Of a stretch of 64,000 nt of DNA, positions 39,269 to 49,800 are shown piece after piece; the stretch's first letter is position 1, and each line of letters starts with the position of its first letter. This stretch comes from Candidatus Latescibacterota bacterium (GTDB lineage Bacteria; Latescibacterota; UBA2968). The notes below the pieces were generated by a model, which had not been told where the DNA came from, made no database searches, and saw only the letters and a program-made list of their open reading frames with translations. The stretch is from positions 1,280,001 to 1,344,000 of the forward strand of contig OZ241986.1 of the NCBI GenBank assembly GCA_965204375.1. Direction: 5' to 3'. A program made the position numbers and the translations under genes.

Positions 39269-39349
39269 TCACACCCCTCTCCCCGTGTTGATCGACATTC
39301 CCGGCGTCAACACTATTTGGACACTATTCTACATAATCCCCGAAAAAAT

Positions 39350-39677
39350 GGGTGAGGAGGTAACGGTGCTTCTCTTCCGCACGGTGAGGGAGTTGCTGAT
39401 CAATGTCGTCAAGCACGCCCGGGCACACAGCGTGAGGGTGTCGATCCGAAAAGATGGTAGCCGTATAAGGATTGAGGTCGAAGATGACGGGGTCGGATTT
39501 GACACTTCGCAAATCGATTTTGGCCGCACACCCGGCAAGGGGGGATTTGGTTTCTTCAGCATCCGGGAACGTCTAAATTTTTTGGGGGGAAATTTTCAAG
39601 TCGAATCCGAACCCGGCCAGGGCACCCGGGCCGTCCTGACGGCACCGCTGAAGCAGAATGGGCACCCCGGGACGTAA
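39350..39677 (+). pseudogene. Sensor kinase 3' fragment (HATPase_c domain)
   Basis: ELLINVVKHA N-box, DDGVGF G1, GFGFFSIRER, GQGT. Confidence 0.9.
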
Positions 39678-39856
39678 ACTGGCAGGAGGGAGAAGGGGCA
39701 TGCTGCAAAGGCTCATCCATTTCCCGATGTCAATTCAGGTATATGGAAGTACACTGCTGGGGTTTTACCCCATTGCGCTCTTTCTTTTGCATCCTTATTT
39801 TGACTCTACAAACGCGCGCTGTTGAAGCAGAATGGAGAATCCAAAGGAGATGTGCC

Positions 39857-40510
39857 ATGAGCATCCGGATTGTTCTGGCGGATGACCACAAGATCCTGCG
39901 TGCCGGGCTGCGTGCCATGATTGTGGAACAACCCGACATGGAGGTGGTGGGAGAGGCCGAGAACGGGCGGACGGCGGTAAATCTGACCCGTGAGCTGTCG
40001 CCCGATGTGGTCATCATGGATATCGGTATGCCCGATTTGAACGGTATTGAGGCCACCCGCCAGATCGTTGCCGAGGTCCCCAGTGTTAAGATCATAGGCC
40101 TGTCGATGTATTCCGACAGGCGGTACGTGGCGGGCCTGTTCGGCGCGGGCGCGTCTGGCTATCTGCTGAAGGATATCGAGTTCGAGGAATTGATCGAGGC
40201 CATTCAAGCCGTAGTTGAAGGCCAGGTCTATGTGAGTTCCGGGGTGACGGGCATTGTGATCGAAGACTATGTACACCGCGTATCGGGCACAAAAAATGGT
40301 GGTATTTCTGCGCTGACACCCCGGGAACGCGAGGTGCTTCAACTCCTGGTCGAAGGCCGATCCACGAAGCAGATTGCTTATGAACTTGGAGTGAGTATTA
40401 AGACCGTTGAATCACACCGTCACAGAGTGATGGAAAAACTGGATCTTCACAACATCGCCGATCTCACCAAATATGCGATCCGCGCAGGGCTGACATCCCT
40501 CGAAGTCTGA
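39857..40510 (+). CDS. NarL/LuxR-family response regulator
   Basis: LADDH, MDIGMP phospho-Asp, GYLLK, LTPREREVLQL...KTVESHR HTH. Confidence 0.95.
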   Translation: MSIRIVLADDHKILRAGLRAMIVEQPDMEVVGEAENGRTAVNLTRELSPDVVIMDIGMPDLNGIEATRQIVAEVPSVKIIGLSMYSDRRYVAGLFGAGASGYLLKDIEFEELIEAIQAVVEGQVYVSSGVTGIVIEDYVHRVSGTKNGGISALTPREREVLQLLVEGRSTKQIAYELGVSIKTVESHRHRVMEKLDLHNIADLTKYAIRAGLTSLEV

Positions 40511-40552
40511 TCGCGCAGGGGCGCTGTGGACTTACCAGCAGGAGGTTACGCA

Positions 40553-43018
40553 ATGGGCAAGAGACGATTTGGTCTGTGTTCAACCGGGATGCTGGGAGCT
40601 TTGTTTATCCTGTCTCTCTGTTTTGCGCTGTCTGAGGCATCTGGGGCAAAGGAGGAGGTGCAGGTGCTGGAGGAGCGCATTAAGGCAGACCCAGACAGAC
40701 CGGGATTGTGGCTTGAGTTGGGGTATGCCCGCTTAAAGGCGGGAGAACTGAAGGGGGCCGAGAAGGCGTTTCTGACAGCGGAAAAAAAGGGGGAAGGTGA
40801 GATCGATGCGAGGGCTTACAACGGCCTGGGGTTGGTCTATGCGGCGAAACCAAAGCGGCTTCAGGCGGCTGTCGATTATTTTCAAAAGGCGCTGAGGAAG
40901 CAGCCGGATTACGCTGAGGCGCATTTCAACAAAGCGCAGACGTATTATCTCCACAACTGGATGTCGCATGCGATTCAGGCGGCAAAGGATGCGCTATCGG
41001 TCGATTCTACGTATGTGGCGGCACAGCAGTTGATTGACAAGTGCCGTGCAATCTCGGCGGAGGATGTGGAGAAATCAAAGAAGATGTACGAGAAATACCT
41101 GACGTCGGACCCGGAGGACTTAGAGGGCTGGTTGGAATGGGGTGGTTTGGCCGTAGCCGAAGGGAATTACGATCAGATTCTGACACGCCTGCCGGTTGTG
41201 ATTCGAACGAAGCCGGAGTGGCTGGACCTGTATCCGATTGTGGCACAGGCGTTTTGGAAGAAGAATTTGTTGGATCAGGCGTGGATCGGCTTTAGCAAGT
41301 ACGCGGAGGGACTGGAAGACGAAGAACGCGCACTGTACGAAGATGTGAGTCTGATTATGTGGGGGGATGAAGCCCGTCGGTTCCAGCGGGCGTCCGCAGA
41401 GGAAAAGCGGGCGATTGCAGCGCGTTTTTGGTCAGAACGGGATCCGGACTATAATACGCCGATCAATGAGCGGTTGTTGGAGCACTACCGCAGGGTATGG
41501 TATGCGCGGACTTATTTTTCCCGTTATAAGCAGCCGTGGGATCGCCGTGGGGAGGTCTATATCCGCTATGGAGAACCGGATCACCGAAGTCGTTCCAGGC
41601 AGCCAAGCCCGCCTCCTTCGATGTCTGTAAACGCGGTGAAGGAACGGTTTTTCAATATGCTCTACAGGGATCACTACATTTTGCTCGCCATGGGCGGTGG
41701 ATCGGAAATCCCGTACCTGGATCCCCTGGAAATAGATGAGGGGCTTCTGCCCGAGGATCAGGCGCTTTTGATGGAGACCGAGGGCGGATTGTACCAGGAG
41801 GCAACCACGATGAGGGGTGTGCAGTGGTTTGACGCGGTCACGGGCGGGCTGACCGGGTCGTTGGTGGGACCGGTATTTCCCATCCGCTCTTACGACCCCG
41901 GCGCTGTCTTCGGGCTTTATCTGCCCGTGGGAGCCAGCGATTTCAGCCTTGTGCCGTGGGAGTCGTGGACATATACGGGGGTGGCTGGGGGTATTGTGAT
42001 CGACTTTACCAGAGAGAGCGGCAAGATGGGGTTCGATTATGCGCCGATTCCAGAGTTGGGCAAGACTCCGGGGTTGCGGCATGGTACACAGGCCGGCATC
42101 GACGATATCCGGGCTATGAACGCCTTTACGCAACGGGCGCCGATATCGATTGCGCGCAGGTCGTTTGGGGCAGTGCCGGATCGGTATAAGGTTTCCGATG
42201 AGGACTTCCCCTTAGACTTCTACTTCGACGAGGCCAGGTTTCGAGGGCGGGCTGATACGGTTCGCGTAGAGGTCTATTACGGTGTGCCGATGTTCGAGGC
42301 GACTTACTCGCCAGCCGACAGCGCGACGGGACTGAGAGCGGCCTGCCGGATCGCGCTTGTCGGAAAAGCAGATGGAAAGGTTTATCGGTCCGGAAACGAA
42401 CTGGCCTATCTGGAGCCGGGAGATCGGACCGGGGGAACCGGGTTTATCCCTCAGGCGATCGCTGTGAATGTGCCTCCCGGTGAATATACCCTGGATGTGC
42501 GGATGGAGGACAGACTGAAGGGAGAGGTCGGTGCCTATCGCAAGCAGGTGATCGCAGAGCCGTATCCAGCAGGGCCGCTGAAACTGAGTGATATCCAGTT
42601 GGCCTGGAAGATATCTGCTGGGGATGAGCTGGGGCCGTTCTCCAAGAATGGACTGCAGGTGGTGCCGATGCCGACGCGGCTGTACAAAAAGGGACAGCCT
42701 GTTTTTATCTACTACGAGATCTACAATCTCAAGCGAAACGCGTTTGGGATGACCAGCTATACGGTGGAATACACGATTCGTTCGGGCAAACCGCCCGGGG
42801 TAATTTCGCGGATTTTTCGGGCGTTCAGAGACGAAGAGCCGGGCGAAAAGGTCGCGGTGGGGCAGGAGCAACTCGGCAGGCAGGAGACGCAGCACAGTTA
42901 TATCGAACTCGATTTGAATGAGGTGGTGCCCGGGGAGGTCGTACTGACGGTTTTGGTGAAAGACCTCAACGCGGACGAGACGGCTTCCAGTGAGGCGAGG
43001 TTCGAGATCAAGGAGTAA
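40553..43018 (+). CDS. Exported TPR + GWxTD-domain protein
   Basis: Signal peptide, TPR helices (AYNGLG, AHFNKA), FWSERDP...NE...HYRRV..A...WDRRGEVYIRYGEPD, C-terminal Ig-like domains. Confidence 0.85.
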   Translation: MGKRRFGLCSTGMLGALFILSLCFALSEASGAKEEVQVLEERIKADPDRPGLWLELGYARLKAGELKGAEKAFLTAEKKGEGEIDARAYNGLGLVYAAKPKRLQAAVDYFQKALRKQPDYAEAHFNKAQTYYLHNWMSHAIQAAKDALSVDSTYVAAQQLIDKCRAISAEDVEKSKKMYEKYLTSDPEDLEGWLEWGGLAVAEGNYDQILTRLPVVIRTKPEWLDLYPIVAQAFWKKNLLDQAWIGFSKYAEGLEDEERALYEDVSLIMWGDEARRFQRASAEEKRAIAARFWSERDPDYNTPINERLLEHYRRVWYARTYFSRYKQPWDRRGEVYIRYGEPDHRSRSRQPSPPPSMSVNAVKERFFNMLYRDHYILLAMGGGSEIPYLDPLEIDEGLLPEDQALLMETEGGLYQEATTMRGVQWFDAVTGGLTGSLVGPVFPIRSYDPGAVFGLYLPVGASDFSLVPWESWTYTGVAGGIVIDFTRESGKMGFDYAPIPELGKTPGLRHGTQAGIDDIRAMNAFTQRAPISIARRSFGAVPDRYKVSDEDFPLDFYFDEARFRGRADTVRVEVYYGVPMFEATYSPADSATGLRAACRIALVGKADGKVYRSGNELAYLEPGDRTGGTGFIPQAIAVNVPPGEYTLDVRMEDRLKGEVGAYRKQVIAEPYPAGPLKLSDIQLAWKISAGDELGPFSKNGLQVVPMPTRLYKKGQPVFIYYEIYNLKRNAFGMTSYTVEYTIRSGKPPGVISRIFRAFRDEEPGEKVAVGQEQLGRQETQHSYIELDLNEVVPGEVVLTVLVKDLNADETASSEARFEIKE

Positions 43019-43038
43019 AGGGAATTTGTGTTGAGGCC

Positions 43039-43080
43039 GCGGGCTATGGATCGCGTTTTGATCTGTGCCCGCTTTTTTTT
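43039..43080 (+). terminator. Intrinsic terminator after GWxTD gene
   Basis: gcgggc..ggatc/gatct..gcccgc hairpin followed by T8. Confidence 0.65.
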
Positions 43081-45832
43081 ATGGCGTTTGAAATACGCCC
43101 TGTCCGTATGTTCCGGCATATACCGTTTCGGGGCGCAAAGGGTGAATGGCCAGGGTGTAAACAAAGGTGTCTGTCAGTCCTGCGGGAATCCAGCTTCGCC
43201 CTCCATTGGTCGTTTTGTAGATACCGCCACCGGGGGTCGCGGCATAAACTGTCCGGGGGGTTGCAGGGTGGATAATAAGGAAGAGGATGCGTTTATTGGT
43301 CAGTCCTGTGTTGACGGGCGTCCAGAACATTCCCCCATCGACACTTTTGAATACACCGTCGTATGTCCCTGCGTAGAGGGTTTGTGGATGTGATGGATGG
43401 ATGGCGAGAGTTCGGACCTCTGTGTTGGTCATGCCAGCACTGGCGGGTGTCCATGATGCGCCTGCGTCGGTAGATTTGAATACGCCGTCCAGGGTTCCCG
43501 CGTAGAGGGTTTGTGGCTGTGCAGGGTGAGTAACGAGGGTTTGGACCTTTGTGTTTGTCAGGTCTGTGCTAGCCGGAGTCCATGATGCGCCTGCGTTAGC
43601 GGTTTTGAATACGCCGCCCAGGGTTCCCGCATAGAGGGTTTGTGGCTGTGCAGGGTGAGTAACGAGGGTTTGGACCTTTGTGTTTGTCAGGTCTGTGCTA
43701 GCCGGAGTCCATGATGCGCCTGCGTTAGCGGTTTTGAATACGCCGCCTGCAGTCCCGGCGTAGAGGGTGTGGGAGTTGGCAGGGTGGACAGTTAGGGAGA
43801 GAATCTTTGTATTCGCAAGTCCTTCGTCGGCTTTCCTCCATGATGCGCCTGCGTCGGTGGATTTGAATACGCCGCCCAGGGTTCCCGCATAGAGGGTCTG
43901 AAGATTTTCGAGGTCGGACACCAGGCAGATTACCCTCGCACCGCGCAGTCCTCGTTCCCGCCAGACTATCTCCTCAGTCCCGGTTTTGAAGATGCCGCCC
44001 AGGGTTCCAGCGTAAACGGTCCGAGGATTTTGGGGATCTACCGTCAGAGAGAGGGTGATCAGATGCGTCAGACCCGTGATGGTTCTTTCCCAGGTTGCTC
44101 CACCATCCGTGGTTTTGAAGATGCCTCCCCCCGTTCCGGCATAGACGGTTTGAGGGGCTTCGGGATCGATTGCCAGGGCAAAGACCCATTTCTGAGTCAG
44201 GCTGGTGCCGACGGATGCCCAGGTTTTTCCTCCGTCAATTGTTTTGAATAGTCCCTCGCCAGATGTTCCGGCATAGAGGGTCTGGGGACTTTCAGAATCG
44301 AACGCCAGGGCAAAAGTTTTCATACCCATATGTTCTATGTGGGTCCAACCCCCCTGGGAAGACATGTAAATACCTTCTGTTGTTCCTGCATAGAGGATCT
44401 GGGGATGGGCGGGGTGGACAGCCAGAGAGAGGACGCTGGTATGGGTGAGACCCATAGGTGACCATACCACGCCCCCATTTTGGGTTTTGAAGATGCCGCC
44501 AGCTGTTCCCGCATAGACTGTCTGGGGATCTGCAGAGTCGATCAACAGGGAGAGGATTTCCGTGTGGGTCAGTCCGGTATTGATCGCTGCCCAGGAACGC
44601 CCCCCACTGTCACTTTTGAAGACGCCGTTTCCAGCTGTTCCCGCATAGACTGTTTGGGGATTGATGGGATTGACCGCGAGAGCATAGACCCGGGTACCTA
44701 CCAGCACCGGTCGAGTCCAGGATGTGCCTCCGTCGATGCTTTTGAAGATGCCACCCGTTGCGCCGGCATAGACGGTCTGAGGGTCTGAGGGGACCAGTGC
44801 CAGTGCCTGGATATCCACATTTGTCAGTCCAGTATTGATATCTGTCCAGACCATTTCTCCGCTGGTGGTTTTGAAGACGCCACCTGCGGTTCCGGCATAG
44901 AGGGTCTGGGGATTTTGGAGGTCGGCTATCAGGGTATAGACGTTCAGGTCGGTCAGCCCTGCATGGTGCCAGGTCGCGCCTGCGTCGGTGGTTTTGAAGA
45001 TGCCGTGTGTGGTTCCAGCATATAGGGTGTGAAGATTTTGGGGATTGATTAGCAGAGAGAGAATTCTCGTGTGAGTCAGTCCTGAGGGAATCTCTGTCCA
45101 GGTGGTTCCCGCATCGGTGGTTTTGAAGACGCCACCTGTGGTTCCGGCGTAGAGGGTGTGGGGATTTTTGGGATCGACTGTGAGGGCATAGACGTTCAGG
45201 TCGGTCAGTCCTGCCTGGTGCCAGATCGCACCTGCATCTGTGGTTTTGAAGACGCCGTGTGTGGTTCCGGCATAGAGGGTGTGGGAATTTTTGGGATCAA
45301 CTGTGAGGGTATAGACGTTCAGGTTGGTCAGCCCTGCACGGTGCCAGGAGATTCCTGCATCTGTGGTTTTGAAGACGCCGCCTGTGGTTCCGGTGTAGAG
45401 GGTGTGAGAATTTTCGGGATCGACTGTGAGGGCATAGACGTTCAAGTTGACCAGTCCTGTGTTGATGGCCGTCCAGACAGATCCTCCACTGGTGGATTTG
45501 AAGATGCCGCCACCTTCTGTTCCCGCATAGAGGGTCTGGGAATGCGAGGGGTCAAATACAAGAGAAGAGATATTGTTATTGGTTATTCCCGCATTGACGG
45601 GCAACCAGATTGCCCCCCTGTCGGTGGTTTTGAAAATGCCACCACCTTTTGTTCCAGCGTAGAGGATCTGGGGATGCGAGGGAGTGATGACAAGAGCCGA
45701 AACTGTTCCGCCGTAAGGCCCCTTGTTCGCCCAGAGGATGTCTCCGGCGGCATTTCCGCACAGGGTAAGGCACAACAGGATTATCCCCGCTGTGTTCGCA
45801 GGAAGACAGGTACGGTCGGGTGTCATTGTCAT
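43079..45832 (-). CDS. Secreted BNR/Asp-box (Vps10/YCF48-like) beta-propeller repeat protein, 21 repeats
   Basis: Signal peptide; 21 copies of ~40-44 aa unit xxxDPxxxxTLYAGTxxGVFKTTDxGxxW. Confidence 0.88.
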   Translation of the reverse strand: MTMTPDRTCLPANTAGIILLCLTLCGNAAGDILWANKGPYGGTVSALVITPSHPQILYAGTKGGGIFKTTDRGAIWLPVNAGITNNNISSLVFDPSHSQTLYAGTEGGGIFKSTSGGSVWTAINTGLVNLNVYALTVDPENSHTLYTGTTGGVFKTTDAGISWHRAGLTNLNVYTLTVDPKNSHTLYAGTTHGVFKTTDAGAIWHQAGLTDLNVYALTVDPKNPHTLYAGTTGGVFKTTDAGTTWTEIPSGLTHTRILSLLINPQNLHTLYAGTTHGIFKTTDAGATWHHAGLTDLNVYTLIADLQNPQTLYAGTAGGVFKTTSGEMVWTDINTGLTNVDIQALALVPSDPQTVYAGATGGIFKSIDGGTSWTRPVLVGTRVYALAVNPINPQTVYAGTAGNGVFKSDSGGRSWAAINTGLTHTEILSLLIDSADPQTVYAGTAGGIFKTQNGGVVWSPMGLTHTSVLSLAVHPAHPQILYAGTTEGIYMSSQGGWTHIEHMGMKTFALAFDSESPQTLYAGTSGEGLFKTIDGGKTWASVGTSLTQKWVFALAIDPEAPQTVYAGTGGGIFKTTDGGATWERTITGLTHLITLSLTVDPQNPRTVYAGTLGGIFKTGTEEIVWRERGLRGARVICLVSDLENLQTLYAGTLGGVFKSTDAGASWRKADEGLANTKILSLTVHPANSHTLYAGTAGGVFKTANAGASWTPASTDLTNTKVQTLVTHPAQPQTLYAGTLGGVFKTANAGASWTPASTDLTNTKVQTLVTHPAQPQTLYAGTLDGVFKSTDAGASWTPASAGMTNTEVRTLAIHPSHPQTLYAGTYDGVFKSVDGGMFWTPVNTGLTNKRILFLIIHPATPRTVYAATPGGGIYKTTNGGRSWIPAGLTDTFVYTLAIHPLRPETVYAGTYGQGVFQTP
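43503..43747. repeat. Recent intragenic tandem duplication, 129-bp period
   Basis: 43503-43618 identical to 43632-43747. Confidence 0.9.
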
Positions 45833-46136
45833 CCGTCCTTTACTGGATGATGTAGAGGGGCAGACATGGACGGCAATATAATGTACGGTCACCTGTAAAA
45901 TCAAGCTCTGCACAACAAATTATCCATTCCCTGATATCACTTCAGGTTTTTGGAACCGCACAATCAGGGTTTGTCCCAATTGTGCTTTTATTTTTTTGAT
46001 TGTAATTTATGCTTAGGAATTTTAGAAGTTTATCTAACCACCTAAAAGGAGGGATGAATGAAGGAAATTGCGAATACGTGGTTGTTTTGAGGGGATTTGT
46101 CATATTTCATACCTGCATGCAGGAAGGAGGATAGCT

Positions 46137-46856
46137 TTGAATAAGAAAATATGGGTTGCATTTTTAACCTGTGTGTTTCTTCTGACCGCCATCTCAATGG
46201 GGGAAGCGCAGGAAAGTGGTCGCAAATGGGGGGTGGGGACCTTTTTATCCCTTAACGCCCCAATGGGCCGCCTGGGGGACCAGTTTTCTCCGTCGAGTAA
46301 GTTTGGTATGAACTGGCAGTATATGCTCAACCAGAAACTTTATCTCGAGATGGAGTATCACCGGTCGGAGTTTAGCCACGGGAAGCTGGAGGAACAGACG
46401 TTTACCTGGTCGGTGGATGGGAAGGAATATTTGAGTCCGGAGGCATCTACGCAGATGAATTTCGACGGTGGAGCTGTAAATCTGCTGATTTTCCATCAGG
46501 GTGCGCCGTCGCTAAAGGGAGGTGCTTTCGCGTATTATTTCCAGGTGGGAGGCGGGTATTATCACTATAAGGTGGAACGCCGAAATTTCATCTTCCCGGG
46601 GCAGAAGCAAGAGCCGCTGGATCCGACGCTGGTGCTGCAGCCGCAGGTTGACTCGAAGACAGCACTAACGTTAAACGCTGGGTTCGGTATTCAGGCATTT
46701 GCGATAGACAGAATCGCGCTGGATCTGCGAGCGCGTTATAATGTTTTGATGGGCGAAGTGCGGCCGATGTGGGACTGGGGCATCGAAAACAAGACCTTCC
46801 CGATGATGCTACTGGACATCGGGGCAGGGGTGAAGTTCTACTTCTGGAAGGAATGA
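46137..46856 (+). CDS. Outer-membrane 8-stranded beta-barrel (OmpA-TM/PorT-like) protein
   Basis: AAGGAGG RBS + TTG, signal peptide, amphipathic strands, C-terminal IGAGVKFYF. Confidence 0.7.
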   Translation: MNKKIWVAFLTCVFLLTAISMGEAQESGRKWGVGTFLSLNAPMGRLGDQFSPSSKFGMNWQYMLNQKLYLEMEYHRSEFSHGKLEEQTFTWSVDGKEYLSPEASTQMNFDGGAVNLLIFHQGAPSLKGGAFAYYFQVGGGYYHYKVERRNFIFPGQKQEPLDPTLVLQPQVDSKTALTLNAGFGIQAFAIDRIALDLRARYNVLMGEVRPMWDWGIENKTFPMMLLDIGAGVKFYFWKE

Positions 46857-46871
46857 AGGGAGGACTAAACA

Positions 46872-49800
46872 ATGAGCAGAAGATTATATATTCTGGCAGG
46901 AATTTTTACTCTGGTCGCTGCTTTGGGCCTGACGGACGCTTTCGCGGGGTCAACGGGTAAAATCTCAGGACGAGTTGTCGATGGGAAAGGCGAACCACTG
47001 CCCGGGGCCAATGTCGTGATCAAAGACAGCAGGCAGGGTGCCACCGCCGATGCGGAAGGCCATTACGTGATCCTCGCAGTAGATCCTGGGACCTACGAGT
47101 TGGTCGCGTCCTTGATCGGGTATAACACGGTGACGAAGCAGGGCGTGCAGGTTTCGGTCGATGCTACAACGCCGCTGGATTTCGATTTGCAAGAGCGGAC
47201 GATTGAGGCTGAAGAGATAGTGGTCCAGGCGGAGGCCCCGCTGGTAGAGCGGGATAAGACTTCGACAAAATATACCGTGTCGGCAGATGAAATCCGGCAG
47301 GCGCCGATTATCAGGACGACCTCCGAGTTCATCTCTTTGTTGCCTGGTGTGGATATGGGGGGAACGTTTTCGGTGCGGGGATCGGATTACGCCCGGGCAG
47401 TACAGCCGGTTATCTGGGCGACTTCGGGCTATAACAGCGCCGATGTCTATGTGATCGTAGATGGAGTGCGCGTTCCCCGGGGCGACGGCAATAGCGCCGG
47501 CCTGTTCACGGGAGTGAACAAGAGCGCAGTACAGCAGATGTCGGTGGAGACGGGCGTGGCGCCGGCCGAGTATGGCGATGCGAAGGCGGGTTCAATCAGC
47601 ATTGTGACGCGGGACGGGGGGAAGGAGTATCACGGGTGGACGGAGATAACTTATGAACCTGCGGGGAAGAAGCACTGGGGGGCAGATATCTACGACGCCC
47701 CGGCACACAAAGACAATATGAAGTGGGACGACCCGGAGTGGGTGCGGGAGATAGACCCACAAACGGGCCGGGTTATCCACGTTAGAGAGAACTACACCGG
47801 TTACCACGGGGCTGTGCTGGAGGGCAGTCTGATGGGGCCGATTGGGTCGAAGGCGTCATTTGTGGTCTCGCAGAAGCACGAGCGACGGGCGCCTGTTTAT
47901 CCGGATGCGGAAAACCACGGTTTCTACAGCGATTCTCAGCGCGGGCGCTTTATTAATGCGCCAGACAATATCCAGGGATCTGGCAATATCACCTTCAGGC
48001 CCAGCCCAAACACGAAGCTCAAAGTCGGCCTGGTCCTGCAGCACTTTACGGCGTACAACGGCGAGGTAAACAACCGCAACTACGGTGCTCAGGGCTTTAT
48101 CCGCAGCAACAGGTCGAGCAGGGCTGGGCTCCGCAATTTGTTCTTGCCGAAGCAGTGGTCGGCGGGGGGGCGGTACAAGTTTCAGGAAGATCTGGAATAT
48201 CTGACGTTCACACACACCATTTCGCCCAGGACCTTTTACGAAATACGGATTGCCCGCAGCCAGACGAGCCAGGATACGATTGAAGCCCCCGCTTTTACAA
48301 CACAGCCCCGACTGGACCAGGATAGGTGGTTCTACATCGACCGAGATGTGGCGATGTGGATCGATTCGAAGCGGACGCGGTGGAGCGTGAAGGGTGACCT
48401 GTCCAGCCAGATTACGAAAGGCAACCTGGTGAAGACCGGCTTTGAGTTGATCCGGTGGGATGCGCGGTTTGTCCAGTACGGGTCGCGATCTGCGACGGAT
48501 CACTGGATCTCATTTTATTCGGGCGGGGATGAACCCTGGCGGAACGGCAGCCCTGCCAGTCCGATTCGGGGTGCAATCTATGTACAGGATAAGATGGAGT
48601 TCGAGGGGATTGTCGTGAATGCGGGAGTGCGCCTGGATTTCGAGAAGACGACGCACGAGGAACTGATCAGCGCGCCGTGGCTGGGGATGCCGATGTGGTA
48701 CTGGTACACCACCCGCAGCCTCGCCTATGGCGAGGGAAGTGTGCCGTCGGGCTTCGAAGCGTCGGGCAAGTTTGCACAGACACCGCCGTGGCGGTTCCAC
48801 TTAAGTCCTCGTCTGGGGATTTCGCATCCGATCACAGACCGGATGGCGATGCATTACTCGATAGGGCAATTCGTGCAGTGGATTGACCTCTTCCAGATGT
48901 ATGCGAAGGCGTACCGGAATTACGGTCTGCTGGGGACAGATGGAGATCCCAACTGGCAGGATCTGAACAAAAATGGCGTGAGAGATCCTGCTGAGGAGTG
49001 GACGAATCTGAGGCCCAACGCGAGTGGGATCGCTGGCGATCCACACGAGGCTCGCGCGGAGAAATCCATGACGTTTGAGGTAGGTGTGGACTGGAATTTT
49101 GTGTCTGATTACGCGGCTTCGATGACGGTTTTCTATCGCTCTGACACGAACCAGTATTCGTCCGATGGGTCGTCTATGTCCATCGCCGGAGGACGCGGTG
49201 GGGCGATCCGAGGTGCCGCCAACAGCTATTTGCAGTGGAACAAGGGCCTCGAGTTGGCACTGGGGAAGCGGATGAGCAACTACTTCTCCTTCCGCCTCGC
49301 CTGGTATCTGCAGTGGGGGACAAGGGGCTGGGCAGGTCGGCAGAACTCGAGCCGCTGGGAGTACCCGGACTCGAACTTTGTGGCCAGCGCGGAGTACTGG
49401 CGGTTTACCGACGTGGCGTCTGATGGATCGCGAGTACCCGTTGTTATGACGCAGTCAGATATCGAAAAATTCGGGCGCAGCCAGGAGAATATCGCACGTA
49501 GCTTCACTCGGCGATATGCAAACGACGACCTGTGGTTCTTCGGACAGATGCCCGAAGTGCAGGATATGGATGTAGTTGCGTACCGGCGCATGAACTCGCG
49601 GGGCGGTGTGCGCTACGGCCCGATGAGGAACTACGGGGCGATTGGTGCCAGTCGCACGTCGCAGGCGAACCTGCAATTTGTGGTGAATACGCCTTCGGAT
49701 GTGAAATTCGGTCCCTCTTTCCTGAGTTGGCTGGTGAGCGACCTGAATGCGAACCTGCTCTGGAGGTTGCGTTCGGGCAGTCGGGTCAACTGGACACCGC

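Larger units (their letters stand above)
34625..39341 (+). mobile_element. IS1595-family cargo-carrying transposon, 4717 bp
   Basis: Perfect 24-bp TIRs GGGGATTATGTAGAATAGTGTCCA (34625-34648 / 39318-39341), 8-bp TSD, DDE transposase, visibly AT-richer than flanks, disrupts a kinase. Confidence 0.96.

Noticed and set aside
39285-39677. Stand-alone anti-sigma/HATPase gene as given by the ORF track
   Set aside because: Its N-terminus is transposon TIR sequence; it is the severed 3' part of the kinase
43079-45832. Regularly spaced nucleotide repeats resembling a CRISPR array
   Set aside because: Repeats are in-frame degenerate protein repeats of 120-132 bp with no unique spacers and no cas genes
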